A stretch of 64,000 bases of DNA from Lingula anatina (lineage: Eukaryota > Animalia > Brachiopoda), in assembly GCA_051362555.1 (NCBI GenBank), contig CM120647.1, positions 2,790,001 to 2,854,000 on the forward strand. Direction: 5' to 3'. Under the pieces are notes generated by a model that had not been told where the DNA came from, did no database searches, and saw only the letters and a program-made list of their open reading frames with translations. Shown piece after piece: positions 25,601 through 35,298 of this stretch (the stretch's first letter is position 1; each line of letters begins with the position of its first letter). A program made the translations under genes and the position numbers.

Positions 25601-28600
25601 ATTATAACAGAGTATAGCCATCAATGGAGGTCACAGGGTCTAAAGACAAGCTCAGATACTAGAGTAATAGCTATGACTGCCGTTTTTGTGGTAAAACAGA
25701 ATATATTATATTTCTATGAGTTGTTCACAATGTTTTTATTGTGAAATATAGATCTCATACAAAGAGTTATTATCCCTTTAACAGAATAACTGTACTAATT
25801 CCAACTCTTTTTGTATCTGTCAGGTTCTGGAAGTCTGGTTACTGGGCAAGTCATCTTGCTGGCAGGAAGTACCACATTAGGTAAGCTGTCAGGACATAGT
25901 GGACCTGTAGTATTCCCCTACTTTCACAGCTTTATGGGCAATGTTGAAGTGTTTTTTGTCATCATCACAGTTTTGGGGATATCTTTTACATGTCTGTCAG
26001 TCATAATAATATCTAACAGTGGATTTTTTATCCCCAAACAATTTTATGAAGTATTAATATATTTTCTTAAGTGCAAGTGATGGTAGAAATGTGCATAATT
26101 TGATTGCTTTAAATTTGTTATGACCTTTTTGGTACTCTACATGTAGATAAGAGATAAGATAAAGATTTTATTTTAGCTTAAAATATACAAAACGCAAGAT
26201 GGTGAATAAATTACCAGTTAAAGGGGCTGTTGTGTTAGAAACTTAAAAAGTTGTAAAAATAGGTTAGAGACTTTTTATATCTATATTGTTCTTACACATT
26301 AGCAAAAGCCCATTTCATGTTTAGATAGAGAAAAACCTGAAAATTTCTAGAAGTTTCATCATTATCCCAGTGGTGTAAATGCATCTGTTTAAATGAGCAA
26401 ACTGCAAATCCAAGCAATTGCTGATATTTTTGAAAATATTTGATTGTTTTATCTTTTATATATTTTTCCTCTAATCCTCTTTGTCTCTATAAATGTTCTT
26501 GTTCATTGCCAATGTGTCTCTGTGTCATCCTTGCAGTAAAGTTATCATCCAATGTGAAAAAAAGTAAAACTACATGATTTGTTATTGATAAGCTGTGTCT
26601 ACATTGCTAACTGTTATAGGTGTTGATATATATACGTAGTATTTTATTCTTAGTGCCTTATATGTGGTGGACCTGAAGCGTTTTAGAAAGATAGCAGCTG
26701 GTGATCGTCTCAGAGGGCAGTACCAAGGCCTTAGTCAGGACCCCAACAGCTTGTCCAACTTAGATCAAGTAAGGGATACAGAGTATTTTATATAATTTTA
26801 AAAAAACAACTAAGTATGTATAGATTTTGGAATGTTTAGGCACCACTGTCCACTGATGGCTGTGAGTGGAATTTCATGGTGATTTGTAGATACCTACTGT
26901 ATGTCACTGATGGCTGTGAGTGGAATTTCATGGTGATTTGTAGATACCTACTGTATGTCACTGATGGCTGTGAGTGGAATTTCATGGTGATTTGTAGATA
27001 CCTACTGTATGTCACTGAGGGCGGTGAGTGGAACCCCACAGTGACATGAGTCTCCTTAGGCACCACTGGATATGTAGTTAGCAGAATATATGAACAATTA
27101 AAACTTCAGTACCTAACACAAGAGGGTTGAACTCCAAAGAACGAGGTACATTGATAATTCTGGTATTTTGTCTCTTTTACACACAGAACACTTAAAATAA
27201 TTTGTGCATATCTTGGTATTCTTTCGTCCCAAATGTTCCCCTGAAATACAGCAGAGATGCAAAGGTTTTAACTTGCTTCAAGATGATCACCAAATCAGTG
27301 CATAAGTAAGCTCAGTACTGAGGAAATATTTAAGGGTACATTGAGGATAAAGAAAGCCAGAATTATATTCAATGTACTTCCATCTTGGGAGTTAACCCCC
27401 TTAAACTTTTTTTTTTTAATTTCTCAAAATATATCTACTATAAAGATTCCATTAAATGCTACAACATTATATCTAGCACATTAAAGTAAAGATACCTCAA
27501 CTCACATGAGGGATTGTCGTTCAAAAGCCTCTCTTTCCTTCAGGATCTTCCCAACAACATGATCCATCAGGTGAACATCAAGTCGCTGCCTCAGGAGTGG
27601 CTGTGGTGTGAGACTTGGTGCAGTGATGACGAGAAGTCAAAAGCCAAAACTATTGATTTGGTAAGCTTAAAGAATTATTAATAACTAATGAGTTACAGAA
27701 TATATTTTATAAAATGGTGCACAATAGTTTTACAAAATTTTAGTTAAAGAGTTCAGTGTTTGTTTTAGTAAAACTGCATTGTTGTTCCTACAAGTGGCAA
27801 TTTATTTACTTAATAGTTACAAAATCTCATTTAAAGGCTGTAGTTAACTTCTGATTAGTTTGTTTATGAGGTTGAGACTACTTGAATGTTTCAATTTAAT
27901 GCAGAGCTCTGGAGCATATTTAACTTCTGAAACCTGATGCTAAAAATGAAGTCACTATTTCATTTTTATTTTATTTTGTAAGAAATGCAACTTGTTTTAT
28001 GAAAGCTATCAAGACTGGCATTGTGGATTAAGAGTGGTTTGACTGGGGGCTATATTTCACCTATTGTTTTCTCCAGTGTAATAACCCGCAGACCAAAGAA
28101 CCTAAGCTGAATGCAGCTAAGAGAATAGTAGCTGAGTGGGAGGAATATGACAATGAAGCAAGGAGGATATTTGAAAACTTTACCAGCAATAAACCCACAC
28201 TAGGTTCACTAAGTGCTGGCCACATTGAAGCACAAGGTCAGTGAGATTTTGAATTCTGACGTCTTGCTTGAATCCCTCAATAAAGCAGCTTATGCACCTC
28301 AAAAAGTAGTTACGTGTAAAAATTAGTTGAAATGTACAGAGGCTTTTTACTGTCATTCATTGATGAAAAACAGTGTAGTGTATTAGTAAAAACTATAGCT
28401 TTCAAGTCTGTTAAACTAGATAAGTGTAAGTGAGCAGCACTTCAGGTAAAGTGCAATATTTTCAGTGAGCTGGATGGCCTGAACAATCCATATTTTATCA
28501 AAATTTTTATGGCTGTATTTCAATTTATTTGATCAAAGTGATGTTTTTTTTGTTTTTGTTTTTGTTTTGTTTTTTTTTTTAAAGTCATCTCATTGGAACT

Positions 28601-29013
28601 GTTGGCACACTACCGTATTCATTCATTATAAAACAGACATAATTCCAATCATTTGTTATTATATTTTATTGTCCTGTCAATACTCCACTAATATCCTAAA
28701 ACCTCCAGACATGCTATCAGCTTAAAATAAAATTATTTTTTATTGAGGACATTTTAATAACATTTTCAAACCTGGTTGACTTTTATCTCAAATAAAAGAA
28801 ACATGGAACGGCTATACTTTATACATATTTTGTCCCAATTAATTTTATCAATTGTCCACAAAATGCATATAAAAATTGCAAAATAAAGCCATAAGTATTA
28901 TGTAATTGTGTCATTCCAAGTGGTATAGTTAATATTCAGTAAGTTTACTACAAGTTGCTTAGCTTTTTGTTGTCTTTCCAGAAACCAGTACACAACCAAG
29001 AGATGAGCTATGA
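279..29013 (+). CDS. UGGT: UDP-glucose:glycoprotein glucosyltransferase, multi-exon gene (5' part lies upstream of the window; 28 exons here)
   Basis: Exons joined with consistent phases and GT(GC)-AG boundaries. Recognised UGGT motifs: [96 protein letters not shown] (DxD), [32 protein letters not shown]. Ends in the ER-retention signal RDEL*. Confidence 0.97.
1620..1748 (+). CDS. UGGT: UGGT exon (VFDKVQAG...SDYDDGRI)
   Basis: tcag| ... |gtaagt, phase 0-0. Confidence 0.88.
2541..2705 (+). CDS. UGGT: UGGT exon ([23 protein letters not shown]...FQKAVYK)
   Basis: acag| ... |gtaaga, phase 0-0. Confidence 0.9.
2981..3902 (+). mobile_element. 5'-truncated non-LTR retrotransposon (L1/Tx1-like ORF2 3' end, zf-RVT region) with poly(A) tail
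   Basis: ORF 2951-3736 contains [13 protein letters not shown]...[16 protein letters not shown] (LINE C-terminal zinc knuckle). AATAAA plus A-tail at about 3884-3902. Flanked by 65-bp direct repeats 2916-2980 and 3903-3967. Confidence 0.88.
4364..4490 (+). CDS. UGGT: UGGT exon ([14 protein letters not shown]...VLPRLN...)
   Basis: acag| ... |gtcagt, phase 0-1. Confidence 0.9.
4924..5022 (+). CDS. UGGT: UGGT exon (GLIDVNKAG...MVYMKRQ)
   Basis: tttcag| ... |gtaggg, phase 1-1. Confidence 0.82.
5441..5832 (+). mobile_element. Non-autonomous Helentron-type (HINE/DINE-like) element, copy 1
   Basis: 5' TTACCTCCGCCAAGGAGGT, (GTTT)n, two internal core repeats, 3' CCTTGGCAGAGGT + GCAC..GTGC hairpin + TTTCTAGTT. 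Confidence 0.78.
6149..6243 (+). CDS. UGGT: UGGT exon ([27 protein letters not shown])
   Basis: ttttcag| ... |gtaaat, phase 1-0. Confidence 0.9.
6287..6364. repeat. (TA)n microsatellite
   Basis: Direct observation. Confidence 0.95.
6748..6914. mobile_element. MITE with 15-bp TIRs, unclassified
   Basis: CAGGCCCGTAGCCAG ... CTGGCTATGGGCCTG (one mismatch); flanks TGTAC/TGTAT. Confidence 0.65.
7758..7973 (+). CDS. UGGT: UGGT exon ([14 protein letters not shown]...DLEVH)
   Basis: tgtag| ... |gtaagc, phase 0-0. Confidence 0.9.
8061..8323 (+). CDS. UGGT: UGGT exon (GMVMEVY...[12 protein letters not shown]...)
   Basis: cctag| ... |gtacag, phase 0-2. Confidence 0.9.
8971..9285 (+). mobile_element. 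Helentron-type HINE, copy 2 of the same family
   Basis: Same termini, (GTCT)n microsatellite, single core repeat. Confidence 0.78.
9583..9635. repeat. (TTA)n microsatellite
   Basis: Direct observation. Confidence 0.95.
10074..10373 (+). repeat. 45-bp tandem repeat containing the exon 3' splice site (7 AG acceptors)
   Basis: TGTATCTATTCAG|GGTCAGTGACATGGTGACATTTATACATACTC. Confidence 0.95.
10357..10458 (+). CDS. UGGT: UGGT exon ([13 protein letters not shown]...GDQHS); acceptor ambiguous among 7 tandem copies
   Basis: ttcag| ... |gtatgt, phase 2-2. Confidence 0.82.
10471..10680. repeat. 25-bp minisatellite followed by (CT)n(CA)n
   Basis: ACAGTACAGGGATGCTCTCTCACAC units. Confidence 0.85.
11356..11458 (+). 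CDS. UGGT: UGGT exon (VLKIPAKP...[17 protein letters not shown])
   Basis: ttcag| ... |gtgagg, phase 2-0. Confidence 0.9.
11905..12078. mobile_element. Partial MITE related to 23974-24198 and 38744-38950
   Basis: Shares GTTCCCATACCTAGATCGATCTA end and TCTGGCATGCCTACTGAA / AGCAGCTTCAGTA internal motifs with the copy at 38744. Confidence 0.6.
12106..12185 (+). CDS. UGGT: UGGT exon ([26 protein letters not shown])
   Basis: tgcag| ... |gtaagt, phase 0-2. Confidence 0.9.
12454..12637 (+). CDS. UGGT: UGGT exon (YYRYVIG...[23 protein letters not shown])
   Basis: ccag| ... |gtaagg, phase 2-0. Confidence 0.92.
12629..12899 (+). repeat. 47-bp tandem repeat containing the exon 5' splice site (6 copies)
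   Basis: CTGGATGAG|GTAAGGACAGTAGACATATCTCTGCTCTCATATATATA. Confidence 0.93.
13537..13588 (+). CDS. UGGT: UGGT exon ([18 protein letters not shown]), GC donor
   Basis: T-tract+cag| ... AAG|gcaagt, phase 0-1. Confidence 0.88.
13675..14010. repeat. 35-bp minisatellite (~9-10 copies) built from 5-bp CACTA-like subunits
   Basis: CACTACACTATACTGCACTACAATACACTACATAG. Confidence 0.9.
14110..14216 (+). CDS. UGGT: UGGT exon ([19 protein letters not shown]...DTIVMANL)
   Basis: tgtag| ... |gtatgt, phase 1-0. Confidence 0.93.
14958..15043 (+). CDS. UGGT: UGGT exon ([25 protein letters not shown])
   Basis: tttag| ... |gttagt, phase 0-2. Confidence 0.92.
15374..15458 (+). CDS. UGGT: UGGT exon (HERTDSPP...[10 protein letters not shown])
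   Basis: ctctag| ... |gtgggt, phase 2-0. Confidence 0.9.
15900..18490 (+). pseudogene. Decayed DIRS-type retrotransposon (gag, zinc knuckle, RT, RNase H, methyltransferase-like remnant) in a UGGT intron; boundaries approximate
   Basis: Fragments [100 protein letters not shown], broken by stops and frameshifts; no YR seen. Confidence 0.82.
19235..19320 (+). CDS. UGGT: UGGT exon ([13 protein letters not shown]...GGLWDSLS)
   Basis: ttcttag| ... |gtaaaa, phase 0-2. Confidence 0.9.
19383..21340. repeat. 32-bp minisatellite, about 60 copies
   Basis: GTTGTATTCCAGTGTAAAGATGAAGAATGTAT. Confidence 0.95.
21968..22009 (+). CDS. UGGT: Putative 42-nt UGGT cassette exon ([13 protein letters not shown])
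   Basis: tttcatccccag| ... CAG|gtaggg, symmetric phase 2-2, open frame; not required for frame continuity. Confidence 0.6.
22955..23047 (+). CDS. UGGT: UGGT exon (...[17 protein letters not shown]), start of the catalytic domain
   Basis: ttttccag| ... |gtagaa, phase 2-2. Confidence 0.93.
23288..23372 (+). CDS. UGGT: UGGT exon ([11 protein letters not shown]...[13 protein letters not shown])
   Basis: tttag| ... |gtaaga, phase 2-0. Confidence 0.95.
23637..23746 (+). CDS. UGGT: UGGT exon (EFIPYYA...[18 protein letters not shown])
   Basis: tctag| ... |gtaagt, phase 0-2. Confidence 0.95.
23741..23973 (+). repeat. 32-bp tandem repeat containing the exon 5' splice site
   Basis: ATGGGG|GTAAGTCCATATTAACAGATGATCAG at 23741, 23773, 23805, 23837, 23869, then degenerate copies. 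Confidence 0.9.
23974..24198. mobile_element. PIF/Harbinger-like MITE with TAA target duplication
   Basis: Imperfect ~29-bp TIRs (..CATTCCCA.AGATTT.AGATCGATC), TAA at 23971-23973 and 24199-24201. Confidence 0.7.
24587..24659 (+). CDS. UGGT: UGGT exon ([24 protein letters not shown])
   Basis: DxD motif; ttcag| ... |gtaaga. Confidence 0.95.
25076..25179 (+). CDS. UGGT: UGGT exon (VVRADIQEL...[19 protein letters not shown])
   Basis: atcag| ... |gtaaat. Confidence 0.95.
25824..25880 (+). CDS. UGGT: UGGT exon ([19 protein letters not shown])
   Basis: tcag| ... |gtaagc. Confidence 0.95.
   Translation, partial: VLEVWLLGKSSCWQEVPH
26654..26768 (+). CDS. UGGT: UGGT exon ([11 protein letters not shown]...[10 protein letters not shown])
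   Basis: cttag| ... |gtaagg. Confidence 0.95.
26851..27032. repeat. 54-bp tandem repeat x3+
   Basis: CACTGATGGCTGTGAGTGGAATTTCATGGTGATTTGTAGATACCTACTGTATGT. Confidence 0.88.
27121..27401. mobile_element. Degenerate MITE with ~45-bp imperfect TIRs
   Basis: GGGTTGAACTCCAAAGA..GTACATTGATAATTCTGG mirrored by CCAGAATTATATTCAATGTAC..TCTTGGGAGTTAACCCCC, TTAA at the right flank. Confidence 0.55.
27544..27660 (+). CDS. UGGT: UGGT exon ([10 protein letters not shown]...WLWCETWC...KTIDL)
   Basis: ttcag| ... |gtaagc. Confidence 0.95.
28077..28236 (+). CDS. UGGT: UGGT exon ([11 protein letters not shown]...EWEEYDNE...)
   Basis: ctccag| ... |gtcagt, phase 0-1. Confidence 0.92.
28982..29013 (+). CDS. 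UGGT: UGGT terminal coding exon ([10 protein letters not shown])
   Basis: tttccag| acceptor in phase 1; RDEL then TGA. Confidence 0.9.
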
Positions 29014-31136
29014 TACTAGTCTATTACTAGTTCAGCTGCTGCAATTGAGGGAGGTGTTGTCTGCATTCCATTTATTCCTTCTCAACAAAAATGCTCTCCA
29101 ATATGAAATTTGAAGATATGTTATTTCTTAGTTGGTGGAAACATAGATTAACTATATATTAATATGAATATGCAATAGATATGCAGTTTTCAAACATACA
29201 CAAATAACAAAATTTAAATTCTTAAAACAAAAAAACACACATTGCAGATTAGATGTTATAATTACTGTTTTTCTGCAATTTATCAATCAGTTTGAATTCA
29301 AAGATGAAGTTTGTAATTTGTGGTATTGTTAGTGGTGGCTGGGTTGTGACATAGGCAGTAATATGAGGTCCAAGGCAATTTTGTTTCTTTTTCAAAATAT
29401 TGGCTAGATAGGCAGCTGTTACATTGGGGGGTGCATTATATATATATATATATTAGGTTCATAGGATATTTATATAAGTTTAAAGTAGACTGATGGTGAC
29501 AGTGATATTAGAGCTTAGTCTCTGTCTCCCTTAAGCTATTACATTGCTCTTAGAATCATTGTTATTTCAGTGCTGACAGTGTAAGTTAAATGTGAAAAAA
29601 ATATATCTACACTCCTTCATTCAGTCTTTCAGGATAAGTCTCTTTTGATCAGCTTTGTTATGCATAATGTTATCATGTTTAGGAAAATAATTATTTTTTA
29701 ACTTAATTTTTGTTGTACCCCAACTGTCTAAGCTAGAGATCCATTGGATGTGTGGCACCCTGGCCTGGCTGTCTGTAGGTGTGTTCTTACTACAGGGGAG
29801 GAGAACCAACCACTTATTTTTTGTGGCAATTGTGTTATTATTATCACTATTAACCATGAAACCTTGTTTCTTGTATGTTTTGAGGAAAAAATTGAAATGT
29901 TACAGTAACAGCAATAAGTTCTAGAGAAGTGGTATTTGGTGCCATTTGTCTTTAATTCTAAGTTCCAGAGCTTTGTGTTGTAATATCATTAAAGTGAAAA
30001 AGTCAGATAATATATTTCCAGTAAAAGTTGTTGAATATCTCTGAAATAAAAATAGAGGCAACAGGTATAACTGATATGTGTATGTAGAAAGTAAAATGTG
30101 GAGATTCATATTTTGTTCATGGACTTGAATTATGACATTTTTATGGGCTTTTTTACATCAATTATGTCTTAGCCACACAGCTGTACCAGTATGTTTTGAG
30201 AAATTGACAACTATGTAAAGTCAGCTAAATGGAGGCTGAGTGCATTATATCTGTGTCTTATTTCCTTTCCATCTCTTAAAGCACATATATACAGCTTTAT
30301 CTTTGGCAATTTTTTAGTGTAAAGCACAATATGAATGGTGCTACGCTGGTTAAACTCAGGAGGGAGGTGTATCTCCTTTACAGCATGTGCAACTTAATGT
30401 TATGTACAGCTATTGCCATAAAATTGTGAACAAAAGATTGTTACCAGACTATTTAATGATATTTATATATATTCCTGTAATGTGACATTAAAAAATACCA
30501 ACCAAAAACTTCTCACTGAAAGCTATGGAAAGCCAGTGTAATGTTATGGTAGTAATAATAATAATGCCAGTTTTGTCTGTATTTTTGGTGAAAAGAGTAA
30601 AATAGCTGTTGCATTGATCACATTGACAGAGCTCAGTATATTTAGAAACTTGACAACAAACAAAATATGCGTACTGAATAAAAGAATAAAAATTTTGAAA
30701 GGCTTACATATGCAGCTTCTGTTGTTCATTCACTGTTAAAATGTAACAAATATAATTTAGAAAACGAGGGGAGTACCTTTGTGTTGCACACCTACACATG
30801 ATAACTTTTATGAAACTATTGGCGATTACGAAAAAAAATTGTGAAGCTTGAGAATAAAAGAAATTTAATATTATTGTGATTTTGCTGATTTTTGATTGTG
30901 AATTTTGATTATGCATTTGCAATTGATTTTCCAAAATACCGTGTATAACCAATTGAAAATTCTTTACAAGTCACATGGAATACAATCTGATACTTGGGAA
31001 TCTGAGGTAATGGTTTGAATGGTCAAAGTAAAGAAAACAAATGGGACAGCAGTGTTGTGGATGATAGCACTGTTGCAACTTTGATTTTGTCTTGGAAGAC
31101 ATTGACATTTAGGTTTTAAATTACATAATGAAATTA

Positions 31137-31420
31137 TTTATGTAGCCAAATGTTAACAAGCACAACGAAGCTCTGTTTTTGCTCCAAAGTAAATAAGAAA
31201 AGTCCATATGATTGATAATTGTCATTTATTAATGACGAAGCTAATAAAATACGTAGTTACAAAACTGGGGAGATAATATAACATCTCCCCAACTATATAA
31301 GTGCCATAATATAAAATTAATAAAGTGTAATAAGTGTAACCAAATTAATGAAGAAAATTATAAGTAATAACAACAGCTTAAGGAGCAAAAAGTTGGCACA
31401 AATAAAAATAAAAAAGGCCA
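31137..31420 (-). repeat. Ngaro split direct repeat B2
   Basis: Matches 31951-32234. Confidence 0.92.
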
Positions 31421-31496
31421 AATTATAAGAAATAACAACAGCTGTAAGAGCCAAAGGCTGGCATAAATGAAAATCAAAGGCTTCAACAAATGCAAA

Positions 31497-31548
<52 letters not shown>

Positions 31549-31583
31549 ACAACACAAGGCAGGTGACAGGGGATGGCGGAGGG

Positions 31584-32234
31584 TGTAAAATTAAAATAAA
31601 GAAACGCAAGAAATTATAATACTGTGAAGCTGCTGAAATTGCGTGTACATATCATCGCAGCTAAAAGGCTGAATGACTTCTCGCTAATGCAGCTCGCAAG
31701 AAGTAGTTTCCTAAAACTCATATAAAATTAACTGTGTGCCTAGATACACAGCAGCTAAGACAATTTGACCCTGGACATCTGTTATCACCTTGCCTTGGTC
31801 AACTACTTAAGATCAAAATGTGCAGACACAAGACCTAAACCCAGACTACTTCCTATAAACAAAGCGTAGATGGATTACCAACAAAGCTATTACCACCACT
31901 AAAAACAAACCATTTCCTACATAAATACAATTAATTATCTTAATTGTAGTTTTATGTAGCCAAATGTTAACAAGCACAACGAAGCTCTGTTTTTGCTCCA
32001 AAGTAAATAAGAAAAGTCCATATGATTGATAATTGTCATTTATTAATGACGAAGCTAATAAAATACGTAGTTACAAAACTGGGGAGATAATATAACATCT
32101 CCCCAACTATATAAGTGCCATAATATAAAATTAATAAAGTGTAATAAGTGTAACCAAATTAATGAAGAAAATTATAAGTAATAACAACAGCTTAAGGAGC
32201 AAAAAGTTGGCACAAATAAAAATAAAAAAGGCCA
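31584..32234 (-). repeat. Ngaro B1-A2 internal junction repeats
   Basis: A2 31584-31952 abuts B1 31951-32234 across TTTT. Confidence 0.92.
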
Positions 32235-32488
32235 TAAGATGTGAGAGAAGCTCACATCCCCGCCAACCGAGGAGTGCTTGTTAAAGATTGGAATGATAAA
32301 CCACATTCGATCTGACATCTGAACTATGTGCTACTAAATAAAAATTTAGTGTGTAACTGCAAATCCACATCCTAGAAAGAAAAGGTACAGTTGAATTGGG
32401 GGGAAGGAATAGAAACTGGCAACCATGAATAAAAATATGGGAGCCCAATAGGGTAAAAGGTAATAAAATGGTGACCCATCCCGTTAAC

Positions 32489-32521
<33 letters not shown>

Positions 32522-32641
32522 AAAATACAAAAAAATTTTTTTGAAAAACAAGACCGCCTATATCTATAAAGGAGAAACTACATGTCCAGGTGTAAATAAG
32601 CGGACACACATACATAGATAAATACATATAGATATATATGC

Positions 32642-33550
32642 TTACAGGTTAAAAGAATTAATGCGGATATATTTTTGCATGGCGTTGGAATTCCAACGAC
32701 CAAGTGTTTGAATAAGGGATTCGGAATATCCCAATTGGGCAGCATACGTGGCTGCCCCAATCCGAAAGCTATGGCCTTTATAACGGCTGATATCCAATCC
32801 CGCAAAAGCAAGGGCTTTAGATAATTCTGAGGTAACATATGAATAAGTGACCGGCGCTCCATCAATAAATTGAAAGAAAGGACCAAAAGTATGCGTAAAC
32901 ATTTTTTGATAATGTATCAAGGCTTGAACCGGGCAAAGTACAGGGTGAGATGTACCTGTCAGAATGATAGTTAAGGGTTCATTTCCCCTCTGAGTTTTAT
33001 GATGCCGGAAGGTTAAATGGGCTTTTGGGGGATCTGTGACTAAATGAAAGGATACGTCTTGAACTTGGAGCACCTGTGACGATTCATTGCGTGTTTTAAC
33101 TGTGATTTCTCCCAAGCGAAGAAAGGCATGAAAACTGACTAAAAAAATAGCTTTCAATAGTATTCGATTGATGGCCGAAGGCACCGTTTTTTCCATAGAA
33201 AAGACGATTTTTAATAAAATATCTCTAGTAATGGGTAAGCGGGCGTCCTTGGAAGGGAGCACTTTGTGACACCCCTGTAACAATTTCCGCACTAGAAACA
33301 ATTGAGTAGGGTCAAACACATTCATTAATTTGTGTAGGTAGCTAATAGCTGAAATGTGAGATACAATAGAGCTAGCACTATATTGTTGTTCGTAAAGAAA
33401 CCCAATAAAATTACAAATGTCTTGTAGAGTCAATGGCAAAGTAGAGGAGGTAGGGTTATTGTAAAGGAAAAGCCTCCAGGAACGCTTGTAAGCTGTTCGT
33501 GTACCCTCTGACAATGAAGCTTGCAAAAGTAGTTGAGTGGTGGGAGTCAA
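32642..33550 (-). CDS. Ngaro tyrosine recombinase (integrase); start codon unclear
   Basis: Catalytic residues R (FLRLGE), K (HKT), HxxR (GHSFRIG), W (GRW), Y (KYI). Confidence 0.93.
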   Translation of the reverse strand: MTPTTQLLLQASLSEGTRTAYKRSWRLFLYNNPTSSTLPLTLQDICNFIGFLYEQQYSASSIVSHISAISYLHKLMNVFDPTQLFLVRKLLQGCHKVLPSKDARLPITRDILLKIVFSMEKTVPSAINRILLKAIFLVSFHAFLRLGEITVKTRNESSQVLQVQDVSFHLVTDPPKAHLTFRHHKTQRGNEPLTIILTGTSHPVLCPVQALIHYQKMFTHTFGPFFQFIDGAPVTYSYVTSELSKALAFAGLDISRYKGHSFRIGAATYAAQLGYSESLIQTLGRWNSNAMQKYIRINSFNL

Positions 33551-35298
33551 AGCCGCAACAAGTGATGGGGAATGGGAGTCGGTTCTAGGTCCAAAAGTGG
33601 GAATGTGACCCTCGCCTCCTGAAATTGAGAGCGGGAAAGTTTGTCTGCAACAACGTTACATTTACCAGGAATGTGTTTGGCTTTAAAGAGAATATTATGC
33701 GTTAAACATACCAAAACTAAACGCCGAATCAAACACATAACTAACTTATCTTTACTAGACTGTTTGTTGATAATATGTACAACAGCCAGGTTGTCTGAAA
33801 GGAAAAGAATCTTCTTATTGATCAGCTGAGATTTCCAAATTTCCAAAGCAATAACAATAGGAAACAGTTCTTTGACTGTGATATGCCAAAGTGCAGCTAC
33901 CTCATCCCATTCATTAAAGAACCAATGACAGCCAAAGACCGCCGCATAACCTATCGACCCCGAGGCATCTGTGAACAAGTGTAAGGTATCAGACGATTGC
34001 CAAGACGATGGTAGCAAGACTGATTTTCCATTAAAGTGACGTAAAAAATGAAGCCACATGCCTAGGTCCGCTCGTGCTTCACTATTGAGTCGAATATAAT
34101 GACGCGGGCGCCTAACACCCAGAGTTAAATCAATTAAGCGGCGTAAGAAAGCTCTGCCCGGTACTACAACTGAGCAGGCAAAGTTTAAAAGACCGATAAG
34201 AGATTGTAATTCTTTCAATTGTACCTTTCTTCTGGAAGAAAGCTGGGAAACTAAAACACAACACTTGTTCAATTTGTCCTGTGGCAAACGACTTACCATT
34301 TGCAGTGAATCTATTTCGATGCCGTAAATAGTTAAACAAGTGGTTGGAGTAAATGTTTTCTTTGCATTAATGGGAACGTTAATCCGTTTGCATAAGGCAA
34401 GAAAATTTTGTAAATCAACCTGACACTTATTGGACATGGGTGGTCCAATGAAACAGAAATCATCCAGTATATGGGACATGGCCGAGGCATGAAATTTTTC
34501 CAACATAATCCATTGTAGAGCTGTACTCAGTGATTCAAATATTTGGCACGAACAGCTGGCACCCATGGGCAAACATTTCTCATAATAAAATAAACCATTC
34601 CAAGAGAAACCCAGCAAATGATAATCCAACGGGCTAATAGGTAAAATGCGGAAAGCATCTAGAATGTCAGACTTAGCTAAAAGAGCACCTTGGCCGAAAT
34701 GTTGGACATGGGCGATGACAGTATCAATTGAGTCGTACTGAACTGCAGAAAATTCTCTGGGAATATTAGAATTAACCGAGTCCAGGTGGGGATAGGAAAG
34801 GTCGTGAATAACACGGAATTTTTGAGGCTCAGATTTAGGAATAACGTGTAATGGTGAACATTTAAAATCTGTAAGAGGGGGAGTAAAAAATGGGCCAGCA
34901 ATCCGCCCAGAAGCTAAACCCGATTCAATGTAATCCAAAATCGCACCAGGATGAGCACGTGCTGATAAATGATTATGAGGAGTGTGAATACTAGGAGTCG
35001 CGGTGCAATGTAGGCGGAAACCCTTGGAAATACCATTGATGAGAAAAATAACCTTATGAGGATCATAACCTTGAAGTTCCAGCTGTAACTGGGTATGGTT
35101 TATTGGAGTTGGGAGACAATTTTGTGGGCGGAGACTGCAACTGGGCAGGGTGGGTGCGGCATTTGATTCTAGGATGCAATCCCTGGCAGTGCTGGCAACA
35201 GTGCTTATATTTGCATGGACTAGTGACACATTTGTCCCCCCGATTAAAGGCAAAACAGACGCCTTGACGAAATGGACGTAGAAAAGGGGGAGAAACAT
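33547..35298 (-). CDS. pol: Ngaro reverse transcriptase + RNase H
   Basis: FRVIHDLSYP, KSDILDAFR, LPMGA, HILDDF; RNase H FTDASG, KELFPI, SDN, ADKLSR. Confidence 0.93.
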   Translation of the reverse strand: MFLPLFYVHFVKASVLPLIGGTNVSLVHANISTVASTARDCILESNAAPTLPSCSLRPQNCLPTPINHTQLQLELQGYDPHKVIFLINGISKGFRLHCTATPSIHTPHNHLSARAHPGAILDYIESGLASGRIAGPFFTPPLTDFKCSPLHVIPKSEPQKFRVIHDLSYPHLDSVNSNIPREFSAVQYDSIDTVIAHVQHFGQGALLAKSDILDAFRILPISPLDYHLLGFSWNGLFYYEKCLPMGASCSCQIFESLSTALQWIMLEKFHASAMSHILDDFCFIGPPMSNKCQVDLQNFLALCKRINVPINAKKTFTPTTCLTIYGIEIDSLQMVSRLPQDKLNKCCVLVSQLSSRRKVQLKELQSLIGLLNFACSVVVPGRAFLRRLIDLTLGVRRPRHYIRLNSEARADLGMWLHFLRHFNGKSVLLPSSWQSSDTLHLFTDASGSIGYAAVFGCHWFFNEWDEVAALWHITVKELFPIVIALEIWKSQLINKKILFLSDNLAVVHIINKQSSKDKLVMCLIRRLVLVCLTHNILFKAKHIPGKCNVVADKLSRSQFQEARVTFPLLDLEPTPIPHHLLRL

